DNA of 64,000 nucleotides from Eledone cirrhosa. Taxonomy: Eukaryota. Of this stretch, positions 1 to 13,262 are shown piece by piece. The position numbers and the translations under genes are program-made. The stretch's first letter is position 1. Every line of letters begins with the position of its first letter. Under the pieces are notes generated by a model that worked only from the letters and a program-made list of their open reading frames with translations, did no database searches and was not told the origin of the DNA. Location: assembly GCA_964016885.1 (NCBI GenBank), contig OZ024743.1, positions 236,902,001 through 236,966,000 of the forward strand. The letters run 5' to 3'.

Positions 1-3000
1 TTAGTCTGTCTAATTCTAAAGTCTGTCTTGTTATATACAGCTGCAGTACTGATTAGTCTGTCTAAATCTAAAGTCTGTCTTGTTATAGACAACTACAGTA
101 TTGATTAGTCTGTCTATGTCTAAAGTCTGTCTTATTATAGACAGCTACAGTACCGATTAGTCTGTCTAAGTCTAAAGTCTGTCTTGTTATAGACAGCTAC
201 AGTATTGACAATTCTCTCTAAGTCTAAAGTCTGTCTTGTTATAGACAGCTACATTATTGATTACTCTGTCTAAGTCTAAATTCTGTCTTATCATAGACAG
301 CTACAGTATTGACAATTCTGTCTCAGTCTAAAGTATGTCTTGTTTTAGACAGCTAGAGTATTGATTAGTCTGTCTAACTCTAAAGTCTGTCTTGTTATAG
401 ACAGCTACCGTATTGATTAGTCGGTCTAAGTCTAAAGTCTGTATTATTATAGACAGCTACAGTATTGATTAGTCTGTCTAAGTCTAAAGTCTGTCTTATT
501 ATAGACAGCTACAGCATTGATTGGTTTGTCTAAGTCTGAAGTCTGTCTTATTATAGACAGCTACAGTATTGACAATTCTGTCTAAGTCTAAAGTCTGTCT
601 TGTTATAAACAGCTACAGTATTGATTAGTCTATCTAAGTCTAAAGTCTGTCTTATTATAGACAGCTACAGTATTGACAATTATGTCTAAGTCTAAAGTCT
701 GTCTTATTATAGACAGCTACAGTATTGACAATTCTGTCTAAGTCTCAAGTCTGTCTTATTATAGACAGCTACAGTACTGAATAGTCTGTCTAAGTCTAAA
801 GTCTGTCTTGTTATAGACAACTACAGTATTGATTAGTCTGTCTAGGTCTAAAGTCTGTCTTATTATAGACAGCTACAGTATTGATTAGTCTGTCTAAGTC
901 TAAAGTCTGTCTTATTATAGACAGCTACAGTATTGATTAGTATGTCTAAGTCTAAAGTATGTCTTGTTATAGAAAACTACAGTATTGATTAGTCTGTCTA
1001 AGTCTAAAATCTGTCTTATTATAGACAGCTACAGTATTGATAATTCTATCTACGTCTAAAGTCTGTCTTGTTATAGACAGCTACAGTACCGATTATTCTG
1101 TCTAAGTCTAATGTCTGTCTTGTTATAGACAGCTACAGTATTGATTAGTCTGTCTAAGTTTAAAGTCTTTCTTAGTATAGACAGCTACAGTACTGATTAG
1201 TCTGTCTAAGTCTAAAGTCTGTCTTATTATAGACAGCTACAGTATTGATAATTCTCTCTGAGTCTAAAGTCTGTCTTATTATAGACAGCTACAGTATTGA
1301 TTAGTCTTTTTAAGTCTAAATTCTGTCTTATTATAGAGAGCTACAGTACTGATCAGTTTGTCTAAGTCTAAAGTCTGTCTTGTTATAGACAGCTACAGTA
1401 TTGATTAGTCTGTCTAAGTCTAAAGTCTGTCTTATTATAGACAGCTACAGTATTGATTAGTCTGTCTAAGTCTAAAGTCTGTCTTATCATAGACAGCTAC
1501 AGTATTGACAATTCTGTCTCAGTCTAAAGTATGTCTTGTTTTAGAGAGCTACAGTATTGATTAGTCTGTCTAACTCTAAAGTCTGTCTTGTTATAGACAG
1601 CTACAGTATTGATTAGTCTGTCTAAGTCTAAGGTCTGTCTTACTATAGACAGCTACAGTACTGATTAGTCTGTCTATGTCTAAAGTCTGTCTTGTTATAG
1701 ACAACTACAGTATTAATTAGTCTGTCTAAGTCTAAAATCTGTCTTGTTATTGACAGTTACAGTATTGATTAGTCTGTTTAATTCTAAAGTCTGTCTTGTT
1801 ATAGACAGCTACAGTATTGATTAGTCTGTCTAGGTCTAAAGTCTGTCTTGTTATAGACAGCTGCTGTATTGATTAGTCTGTCTAAGTCTAAAGTCTGTCT
1901 TGTTATAGACAGCTAGAGCATTGATTAGTCTGTCTAAGTCTAAAGTCTGTCTTATTATGGACAGTAACAGTACTGATTAGTCTGTCTAAGTCTAAAGTCT
2001 GTCTTATTATAGACAGCTACAGTATTGCCAATTCTGTCTAAGTCTAAAGTCTGTCCTGTTATAGACAGCTACAGTATTGATTCGTCTGTCTAAGTCTAAA
2101 GTCTGTCTTATTATAGACAGCTACAGTATTGACAATTCTGTCTAAGACTGAAGTGTGTCTTGTTATAGACAGCTACAGTATTGATTACTCTGTCTAATTC
2201 TAAAGTCTGTCTTATCATAGACAGCTACAGTATTGACAATTCTGTCTCAGTCTACAGTCTGTCTTGTTTTAGACAGCTACAGTATTGATTCGTCTGTCTA
2301 AGTCTAAAGTCTGTCTTATTATAGACAGCTACAGTATTGACAATTCTCTCTAAGTCTAAAGTCTGTCTTATTATAGACAGCTACGGTATTGATTAGTCTG
2401 TTTAAGTCTAAAGTCTGACTTAATATAGACAGCTACAGTACTGATTAGTCTGTCTAAGTCTAAAGTCTGTCTTGTTATAGACAGCTACAGTATTGATTAG
2501 TCTGTCTAAGTCTAAAGTCTGTCTTATTATAGACAGCTACAGTATTGATTAGTCAGTCTAAGTCTAAAGTCTGTCTTATTATATACAGCTACAGTATTGA
2601 CAATTCTGTCTAAGTGTAAAGTCTGTCTTGTTATAGACAGCTACAGTATTGATTAATCTGTCTAAGTCTAAAGTCTGTCTTGTTATAGACAGCTACAGTA
2701 TTGATTAGTCTGTCTAAGTCTAAAGTCTGTCTTATTAAAGACAGCTACAGTATTGAGAATTCTGTCTAAGTCTAAAGTCTGTATTATTATAGACAGCTAA
2801 AGTATTGATTAGTCTGTTTAAGTCTAAAGTCTGTATTATTATAGACAGTTACAGTATTGATTAGTCTGTCTAAGTCTAAAGTCTGTCTTGTTATAGACAG
2901 CTACAGTATTGACAATTCTGTCTAAGCCTAAAGTCAGTCTTATTATAGACAGCTACATTATTGATTAATCTGTCTAAGTCTAAAGTCTGTCTTATTATAG

Positions 3001-5360
3001 ACAGCTACAGTATTGACAATTCTCTCTAAGTCTAAAGTCTGTCTTGTTATAGACAGTTACAGTATTGATTAGTCTGTCTAAGTCTAAAGTCTGTCTTATT
3101 GTAGACCGCTACAGTATTGACAATAATGTCTAAGTCTAAAGTATGTCTTATTATAGACAGCTATATTACTAATTAGTCTGTCTAAGTCTAAAGTCTGTCT
3201 TATTATAGACAGCTACAGTATTGACAATTCTGTTTAAGTCTAAAGTCTGTATTATTATAGACAGCTACAGTTCTGATTAGTCTGTCTAATTCTAAAGTCT
3301 GTCTTGTCATAGACAGCTGCAGTACTGATTAGTCTGTCTAAATCTAAAGTCTGTCTTGTTATAGACAACTACAGTATTGATTAGTCTGTCTATGTCTAAA
3401 GTCTGTCTTATTATAGACAGCTACAGTACCGATTAGTCTGTCTAAGTCTAAAGTCTGTCTTATTATAGACAGCTACAGTATTGATTAGTCTGTCTAAGTC
3501 TAAAGTCTGTCTTATTATAGACAGCTACAGCATTGATTGGTCTGTCTAAGTCTGAAGTCTGTCTTATTATAGACAGCTACAGTATTGACAATTCTGTCTA
3601 AGTCTAAAGTCTGTCTTGTTATAAACAGCTACAGTATTGATTAGTCTATCTAAGTCTAAAGTCTGTATTGTTATAGACAACTACAGTATTGATTAGTCTG
3701 TCTAAGTCTAAAGTCTGTCTTATTATAGACAGCTACAGTATTGACAATTATGTCTAAGTCTAAAGTCTGTCTTATTATAGACAGCTACAGTATTGACAAT
3801 TCTGTCTAAGTCTAAAGTCTGTCTTATTATAGACAGCTACAGTACTGAATCGTCTGTCTAAGTCTAAAGTCTGTATTGTTATAGACAACTACAGTATTGA
3901 TTAGTCTGTCTAGGTCTAAAGTCTGTCTTATTATAGACAGCTACAGTATTGATTAGTCTGTCTAAGTCTAAAGTCTGTCTTATTATAGACAGCTACAGTA
4001 TTGATTAGTATGTCTAAGTCTAAAGTATGTCTTGTTATAGAAAACTACAGTATTGATTAGTCTGTCTAAGTCTAAAATCTGTCTTATTATAGACAGCTAC
4101 AGTATTGACAATTCTATCTACGTCTAAAGTCTGTCTTGTTATAGACAGCTACAGTACCGATTAGTCTGTCTAAGTCTAATGTCTGTCTTGTTATAGACAG
4201 CTACAGTATTGATTAGTCTGTCTAAGTTTAAAGTCTTTCTTAGTATAGACAGCTACAGTACTGATTAGTCTGTCTAAGTCTAAAGTCTGTCTTATTATAG
4301 ACAGCTACAGTATTGATAATTCTCTCTGAGTCTAAAGTCTGTCTTATTATAGACAGCTACAGTATTGATTAGTCTTTTTAAGTCTAAACTCTGTCTTATT
4401 ATAGAGAGCTACAGTACTGATCAGTTTGTCTAAGTCTAAAGTCTGTCTTGTTATAGACAGCTACAGTATTGATTAGTCTGTCTAAGTCTAAAGTCTGTCT
4501 TATTATAGACAGCTACAGTATTGATTAGTCTGTCTAAGTCTAAAGTCTGTCTTATTATAGACAGCTACAGTATTGACAATTCTGTCTCAGTCTAAAGTAT
4601 GTCTTGTTTTAGAGAGCTACAGTATTGATTAGTCTGTCTAAGTCTAAAGTCTGTCTTACTATAGACAGCTACAGTACTGATTAGTCTGTCTATGTCTAAA
4701 GTCTGTCTTGTTATAGACAACTACAGTATTGATTAGTCTGTCTAAGTCTAAAATCTGTCTTGTTATTGACAGTTACAGCATTGATTAGTCTGTCTAATTC
4801 TAAAGTCTGTATTGTTATAGACAGCTACAGTATTGATTAGTCTGTCTAGGTCTAAAGTCTGTCTTGTTATAGACAGCTGCTGTATTGATTAGTCTGTCTA
4901 AGTCTAAAGTCTGTCTTGTTATAGACAGCTACAGTATTGATTAGTCTGTCTAAGTCTAAAGTCTCTCTTATTATGGACAGTAACAGTACTGATTAGTCTG
5001 TCTAAGTCTAAAGTCTGTCTTATTATAGACAGCTACAGTATTGCCAATTCGGTCTAAGTCTAAAGTCTGTCCTGTTATAGACAGTTACAGTATTGATTCG
5101 TCTGTCTAAGTCTAAAGTCTGTCTTATTATAGACAGCTACAGTATTGACAATTCTGTCTATGTCTGAAGTGTGTCTTGTTATAGACAGCTACAGTATTGA
5201 TTACTCTGTCTAATTCTAAAGTCTGTCTTATCATAGACAGCTACAGTATTGACAATTCTGTCTCAGTCTACAGTCTGTCTTGTTTTAGACAGCTACAGTA
5301 TTGATTCGTCTGTCTAAGTCTAAAGTCTGTCTTATTATAGACAGCTACAGTATTGACAAT
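1..5360. repeat. ~3.0-3.3 kb block duplication (about 1-2340 repeated at about 3277-5360)
   Basis: Rare variants recur in the same order: CTGCAG at 41/3317 (offset 3276 = 63x52), CATTGATTGG at 515/3531 (3016 = 58x52), AGAAAACTAC at 971/4039 and TTAGTCTTTT at 1301/4369 (3068 = 59x52), CTGCTGT at 1861/4877 (3016). Confidence 0.88.
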
Positions 5361-6092
5361 TATGTCTAAGTCTAAAGTCTGTCTTGTTATAGACAGCTAC
5401 AATATTGATTAGTCTGTCTAAGTCTAAAGTCTGTCTTATTATAGACAGCTACAGTACTGATTAGTCTGTCTAAGTCTAAAGTCTGTCTTGTTATAGACAA
5501 CTACAGTATTGATTAGTCTGTCTAAGTCTAAAATCTGTCTTATTATAGACAGCTACAGTATTGTCAATTCTCTCTAAGTCGAAAGTCTGTATTATTATAG
5601 ACAGCTACAGTACTGATTAGTCTGTCTAAGTCTAAAGTCTGTCTTGTTATAGAGAGTTACAGTATTGATTAGTCTGTCTAAGTCTAAAGACTGTCTTGTT
5701 ATAGACAGCTACAGTATTGATTAGTCTGTCTAAGTCTAAAGTCTGTCATATTATAGACAGCTACAGTATTGACAATTCTGTCTACGTCTAAAGTCTGTCT
5801 TGTTATAGACAGCTACAGTACCGATTAGTCTGTCTAAGTCTAATGTCTGTCTTGTTATAGACAGCTACAGTATTGATTAGTCTGTCTAAGTTTAAAGTCT
5901 TTCTTAGTATAGACAGCTACAGTACTGATTAGTCTGTCTAAGTCTAAAGTCTGTCTTATTATAGACAGCTACAGTATTGATAATTCTCTATGAGTCTAAA
6001 GTATGTCTTATTATAGACAGCTACAGTATTGATTAGTCTGTCTAAGTCTAAAGTCTGTCTTGTTATAGACAGCTACAGTATTGATTAGTCTG

Positions 6093-9000
6093 TCTAAGTC
6101 TAAAGTCTGTCTTATTATAGACAGCTACAGTATTGATTAGTCTGTCTAAGTCTAAAGTTTGTCTTATTATAGACAGCTACAGTACTGATTTGTCTGTCTA
6201 AGTCTAAAGTCTGTCTTATAGACAGCTACAATATTGACAATTCTGTCTAAGTCTGAAATCTGTCTTGTTATAAACAGCTACTGTATTGATTAGTCTGTCT
6301 AAGTCTAAACTCTGTCTTATTATAGACAGCTACAGTATTGACAATTATGTCTAAGTCTAAAGTCTGTCTTGTTATAGACAGCCACAGTATTGATTAGTTT
6401 GTCTAAGTCTAAAGTCTGTCTTACTATAGACAGCTACAGTACTGATTAGTCTGTCTAAGTCTAAAGTCTGTCTTGTTATAGACAACTAAAGTATTGATTA
6501 GTCTGTCTAAGTCTAAAATCTGTCTTATTATAGACAGCTACAGTATTGACAATTCTGTCTAAGTCTAAAGTCTGTCTTTTTATTGACAGCTACAGTACTG
6601 ATTAGTCTGTCTAAGTCTAAAGTCTGTCTTGTTATAGACAGCTACAGTATCGATTAGTCTGTCTAAGTCTAATGTCTGTCTTGTTATAGACAGCTACAGT
6701 ATTGATTAGTCTGTCTAAGTTTAAAGTCTTTCTTATTGCAGACAGCTACAGTACTGATTAGTCTGTCTAAGTTTAAAGTCTGTCTTATTATAGACAGCTA
6801 CAGTATTGATTAGTCAGTTTAGGTCTAAAGTCTGTCTTATTATAGACAGCTACAGTACTGATTAGTCTGTCTAAGTTTAAAGTCTGTCTTGTTATAGACA
6901 GCTACAGTATTGATTAGTCTGGCTAAGTCTCAAGTCTGTCTTATTATAGACAGCTACAGTATTGATTAGTCTGTCTAACTCTGAAGTCAGTCTTATTACA
7001 GACAGCTACAGTACTGATTAGTCTGTCTAAGTCTAAAGTCTGTCTTATTATAGACAGCTACAGTATTGACAATTCTGTCTAAGTCTAACGTCTGTCTTGT
7101 TATAAACAGCTACAGTATTGATTAGTCTGTCTAATTCTAAAGTCTGTCTTATCATAGACAGCTACAGTATTGACAATTCTGTCTCAGTCTACAGTCTGTC
7201 TTGTTTTAGACAGCTACAGTATTGATTCGTCTGTCTAAGTCTAAAGTCTGTCTTATTATAGACAGCTACAGTATTGACAATTATGTCTAAGTCTAAAGTC
7301 TGTCTTGTTATAGACAGCTACAATATTGATTAGTCTGTCTAAGTCTAAAGTCTGTCTTATTATAGACAGCTACAGTACTGATTAGTCTGTCTAAGTCTAA
7401 AGTCTGTCTTGTTATAGACAACTACAGTATTGATTAGTCTGTCTAAGTCTAAAATCTGTCTTATTATAGACAGCTACAGTATTGACAATTCTGTCTAAGT
7501 CTAAAGTCTGTCTTATTATAGACAGCTACAGTATTGTCAATTCTCTCTAAGTCGAAAGTCTGTATTATTATAGACAGCTACAGTACTGATTAGTCTGTCT
7601 AAGTCTAAAGTCTGTCTTATTATAGAGAGTTACAGTATTGATTAGTCTGTCTAAGTCTAATGTCTGTCTTGTTATAGACAGCTACAGTATTGATTAGTCT
7701 GTCTAAGTTTAAAGACTTTCTTAGTATAGACAGCTACAGTACTGATTAGTCTGTCTAAGTCTAAAGTCTGTCTTATTATAGACAGCTACAGTATTGATAA
7801 TTCTCTATGAGTCTAAAGTCTGTCTTATTATAGACAGCTACAGTATTGATTAGTCTATTTAAGTCTAAAGTCTGTCTTGTTATAGACAGCTACAGTATTG
7901 ATTAGTCTGTCTAAGTCTAAAGTCTGTCTTATTATAGACAGCTACAGTATTAATTAGTCTGTCTAAGTCTAAAGTCTGTCTTGTTATAGACAGCTACAGT
8001 ATTGATTACTCTGTCTAAGTCTAAAGTCTGTCTTATCATAGGCAGCTACAGTATTGACAATTCTGTCTCAGTCTAAAGTATGTCTTGTTTTAGACAGCTA
8101 CAGTATTGATTAGTCTGTCTAACTCTAAAGTCTGTCTTGTTATAGACAGCTACAGTATTGATTAGTCTGTCTAAGTCTAAAGTCTGTCTTATTATAGACA
8201 GCTACAGTATTGATTAGTCTGTCTAAGTCTAAAGTTTGTCTTATTATAGACAGCTACAGTACTGATTTGTCTGTCTAAGTCTAAAGTCTGTCTTATTATA
8301 GACATCTACAGTATTGACAATTATGTCTAAGTCTAAAGTCTGTCTTGTTATAGACAGCCACAGTATTGATTAGTTTGTCTAAGTCTAAAGTCTGTCTTAC
8401 TATAGACAGCTACAGTACTGATTAGTCTGTCTAAGTCTAAAGTCTGTCTTGTTATAGACAACTAAAATATTGATTAGTCTGTCTAAGTCTAAAATCTGTC
8501 TTATTATAGACAGCTACAGTATTGACAATTCTGTCTAAGTCTAAAGTCTGTCTTTTTATTGACAGCTACAGTACTGATTAGTCTGTCTAAGTCTAAAGTC
8601 TGTCTTGTTATAGACAGCTACAGTACCGATTAGTCTGTCTAAGTCTAATGTCTGTCTTGTTATAGACAGCTACAGTACTGATTAGTCTGTCTAAGTTTAA
8701 AGTCTGTCTTATTATAGACAGCTACAGTATTGATTAGTCTGTTTAGGTCTAAAGTCTGTCTTATTATAGACAGCTACAGTACTGATTAGTCTGTCTAAGT
8801 TTAAAGTCTGTCTTGTTATAGACAGCTACAGTATTGATTAGTCTGTCTAAGTCTCAAGTCTGTCTTATTATAGACAGCTACAGTATTGATTAGTCTGTCT
8901 AACTCTGAAGTCAGTCTTATTATAGACAGCTACAGTACTGATTAGTCTGTCTAAGTCTAAAGTCTGTCTTATTATAGACAGCTACAGTATTGACAATTCT

Positions 9001-12000
9001 GTCTAAGTCTAACGTCTGTCTTGTTATAAACAGCTACAGTATTGATTAGTCTATCTAAGTCTAAAGTCTGTCTTATTATAGACAGCTACAGTATTGACAA
9101 TTATGTCTAAGTCTAAAGTCTGTCTTGTTATAGACAGCTCCAGTATTGATTAGTCTGTCTACATCTAAAGTCTGTCTTATAGACAGCTACAGTATTGACA
9201 ATTCTGTCTAAGTCTAAAGTCTGTCTTATTATAGACAGCTACAGTACTGAATAGTCTGTCTAAGTCTAAAATCTGTCTTGTTATAGACAACTACAGTATT
9301 GATTAGTCTGTCTAAGTCTAAAGTCTGTCTTATTATAGACAGCTAAAGTATTGGCAATTCTGTCTAAGTCTAAAGTGTGTCTTTTTATAGACAGCTACAG
9401 TACTGATTAGTCTGTCTATGTCTAAACTCTCTCTTATTATAGACAACTACAGTATTGATTAGTCTGTCTAAGTCTAAAGTCTGTCTTATTATAGACAGCT
9501 ACAGTACTGATTAGTCTGTCTAAGTCTAAAGTCTGTCTTATTATAGACAGCTACAGTATTGACAATTCTGTCTAAGTCTAAAGTCTGTCTTGTTATAAAC
9601 AGATACAGTATTGATTAGTCTGTCTAAGTCTAAAGTCTGTCTTATTATAGACAGCTACAGTATTGACAATTATGTCTAAGTCTAAAGTCTGTCTTGTTAT
9701 AAACAGCTACAGTATTGATTAGTCTATCTAAGTCTAAAGTCTGTCTTATTATAGACAGCTACAGTATTGACAATTATGTCTAAGTCTAAAGTCTGTCTTA
9801 TTATAGACAGCTACAGTATTGACAATTCTGTCTAAGTTTAAAGTCTGTCTTATTATAGACAGCTACAGTATTGATTAGTCTGTTTAGGTCTAAAGTCTGT
9901 CTTATTATTGACAGCTACAGTACTGATTAGTCTGTCTAAGTTTAAAGTCTGTCTTGTTATAGACAGCTACAGTATTGATTAGTCTGTCTAAGTCTCAAGT
10001 CTGTCTTATTATAGACAGCTACAGTATTGATTAGTCTGTCTAACTCTGAAGTCAGTCTTATTATAGACAGCTACAGTACTGATTAGTCTGTCTAAGTCTA
10101 AAGTCTGTCTTATTATAGACAGCTACAGTATTGACAATTCTGTCTAAGTCTAACGTCTGTCTTGTTATAAACAGCTACAGTATTGATTAGTCTATCTAAG
10201 TCTAAAGTCTGTCTTATTATAGACAGCTACAGTATTGACAATTATGTCTAAGTCTAAAGTCTGTCTTGTTATAGACAGCTCCAGTATTGATTAGTCTGTC
10301 TACATCTAAAGTCTGTCTTATTATAGACAGCTACAGTATTGACAATTCTGTCTAAGTCTAAAGTCTGTCTTATTATAGACAGCTACAGTACTGAATAGTC
10401 TGTCTAAGTCTAAAATCTGTCTTGTTATAGACAACTACAGTATTGATTAGTCTGTCTAAGTCTAAAGTCTGTCTTATTATAGACAGCTAAAGTATTGGCA
10501 ATTCTGTCTAAGTCTAAAGTGTGTCCTTTTATAGACAGCTACAGTACTGATTAGTCTGTCTATGTCTAAACTCTCTCTTATTATAGACAACTACAGTATT
10601 GATTAGTCTGTCTAAGTCTAAAGTCTGTCTTATTATAGACAGCTACAGTACTGATTAGTCTGTCTAAGTCTAAAGTCTGTCTTATTATAGACAGCTACAG
10701 TATTGACAATTCTGTCTAAGTCTAAAGTCTGTCTTGTTATAAACAGATACAGTATTGATTAGTCTGTCTAAGTCTAAAGTCTGTCTTATTATAGACAGCT
10801 ACAGTATTGACAATTATGTCTAAGTCTAAAGTCTGTCTTGTTATAGACAGCTACAGATTTGATTAGTCTGTGTAAGTCTAAAGTCTGTCTTATTATAGAC
10901 AGCTACAGTACTGATTAGTCTGTCTAAGTCTAAAGTCTGTCTTGTTATAGACAACTACAGTATTGATTAGTCTGTCTAAGTCTAAAATCTGTCTTATTAT
11001 AGACAGCTACATTATTGACAATTCTGTCTAAGTCTAAAGTCTGGCTTATTATAGACAGCTACAGTATTGTCAATTCTCTCTAAGTCGAAAGTCTGTATTA
11101 TTATAGACAGCTACAGTTCTGATTAGTCTGTCTAAGTCTAACGTCTGTCTTGTTATAGAGAGTTACAGTATTGATTAGTCTGTCTAAGTCTAAAGACTGT
11201 CTTGTTATAGACAGCTACAGTATTGATTAGTCTGTCTAAGTCTAAAGTCTGTCATATTATAGACAGCTACAGTATTGATAATTCTCTCTAAGTCTAAAGT
11301 CTTTCTTATTATAGACAGCTACAGTACTGATTAGTCTGTCTTAGTCTAAAGTCTGTCTTGTTATAGACAGCTACAGTAATGATTAGTGTGTCTAAGTCTA
11401 AAGTCTGTCTTATTATAGACGGCTACAGTATTGATTAGTCTGTCTAAGTCTAAAGTCTGTCTTGTTATAGACAGTTAAAGTATTGATTAGTCTGTCTAAG
11501 TCTAAAGTCTGTCTTCTTATAGACAGCTACAATATTGATTAGTCTGTCTAAGTCTAAAGTCTGTCTTGTTATAAACAGCTACAGTACTGATTAGTCTGTC
11601 TAAGTCTAAAGTCTGTCTTGTTATAGACAGCTACAGTAATGATTAGTGTGTCTAAGTCTAAACTCTGTCTTATTATAGACAGCTACAGTACTGATTAGTC
11701 TGTCAAAGTCTAAAGTCTGTCTTATTATTGACAGCTACAGTATTGATTATTCTGTCTAAGTCTAAAGTCTGTCTTGTTATAGACAGTTATAGTATTGATT
11801 AGTCTGTCTAAGTCTAAAGTCTGTCTTCTTATAGACAGCTACAATATTGATTAGTCTGTCTAAGTCTAAAGTCTGTCTTGTTATAGACAGCTACTGTATT
11901 TATTAGTCTGTCTAAGTCTAAAGTCTGTCTTGTTATAGACAGTTACAGTATTGATTAGTCTGTCTAAGTCTAAAGTTTGTCTTATTATAGACAGCTACAG

Positions 12001-13262
12001 TATTGACAATTCTGTCTAAGTCTAAAGTCTGTCTTGTTATAGACAGCTACAGTATTGACAATTATGTCTAAGTCTAAAGTCTGTCTTGTTATAGACAGCT
12101 ACAGTATTGATTAGTCTGTCTAAGTCTAAAGTCTGTCTTATTATAGACAGCTACAGTACTGATTTGTCTGTCTAAGTCTAAAGTCTGTCTTGTTATAAAC
12201 AACTACAGTATTGATTAGTCTGTCTAAGTCTAAAGTCTGGCTTATTATAGACAGCTACAGTATTGTCAATTCTCTCTAAGTCGAAAGTCTGTATTATTAT
12301 AGACAGCTACAGTAATGATTAGTCTGTCTAAGTCTAAAGTCTGTCTTGTTATAGAGAGTTACAGTATTGATTAGTGTGTCTAAGTCTAAAGACTGTCTTG
12401 TTATAGACAGCTACAGTATTGATTAGTCTGTCTAAGTCTAAAGTCTGTCATATTATAGACAGCTACAGTATTGATAATTCTCTCTAAGTCTAAAGTCTGT
12501 CTTATTATAGACAGCTACAGTACTGATTAGTCTGTCTAAGTCTAAAGTCTGTCTTGTTATAGACAGCTACAGTAAAGATTAGTGTGTCTAAGTCTAAAGT
12601 CTGTCTTATTATAGACAGCTACAGTACTGATTAGTCTGTCAAAGTCTAAAGTCTGTCTTATTATTGACAGCTACAGTATTGATTAGTCTGTCTATGTCTA
12701 AAGTCTGTCTTGTTATAGACAGTTACAGTATTAATTAGTCTGTCTAAGTCTAAAGTTTGTCTTATTATAGACAGCTACAGTATTGACAATTCTGTCTAAG
12801 TCTAAAGTCTGTCTTGTTATAGACAGCTACATTATTGATTAGTCTGTCTAAGTCTAAAGTCTGTCTTGTTATAGACAGCTACAGTATTGATTAGTCTGTC
12901 TAAGTCTAAAGTCTGTCTTATTATGGACAGTTACAGTACTGATTAGTCTGTCTAAGTCTAAAGTTTGTCTTATTATAGACAGCTACAGTATTGACAATTC
13001 TGTCTAAGTCTAACGTCTGTCTTGTTACAGACAGCTACAGTACTGATTAGTCTGTCTAAGTCTAAAGTCTGTCTTATTATAGACAGCTACAGTAATGATT
13101 AGTGTGTCTAAGTCTAAACTCTGTCTTATTATAGACAGCTACAGTACTGATTAGTCTGTCAAAGTCTAAAGTCTGTCTTATTATTGACAGCTACAGTATT
13201 GATTAGTTTGTCTAAGTCTAAAGTCTGTCTTGTTATAGACAGTTATAGTATTGATTAGTCTC
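6093..13262. repeat. Higher-order repeat, copy 1 (138 monomers, 7170 bp)
   Basis: It contains two 3-bp deletions (~6217, ~9178). The first recurs at ~13387 (offset 7170 = 138x52 - 6). The order of variant monomers is shared with copies 2 and 3. Confidence 0.92.
8690..10844. repeat. 22-monomer sub-duplication nested inside the 7.1-kb HOR (also present in copies 2 and 3)
   Basis: GTCTCAAG at 8851/9992 (1141 = 22x52 - 3) and AGCTAAAGTATTGGC at 9341/10485 (1144). GCTCCAG, CTACATCT, AAACTCTCTC and AAACAGATAC also each occur twice in the same order. Confidence 0.9.

Noticed and set aside
24-41. Intrinsic terminator or structured ncRNA from the monomer hairpin
   Set aside because: The stem is only 6-7 bp, there is no U-tract, and there is no transcription-unit context.
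5542-5567. Perfect sigma70 hexamers on the minus strand (TTGACA...TATAAT), recurring with the TTGTCAA variant; also plus-strand TTGACA
   Set aside because: The spacing is 14 bp rather than 16-18. The plus-strand TTGACA has no -10 box at the right distance, and there is no gene downstream. Most likely coincidence in an AT-rich repeat.
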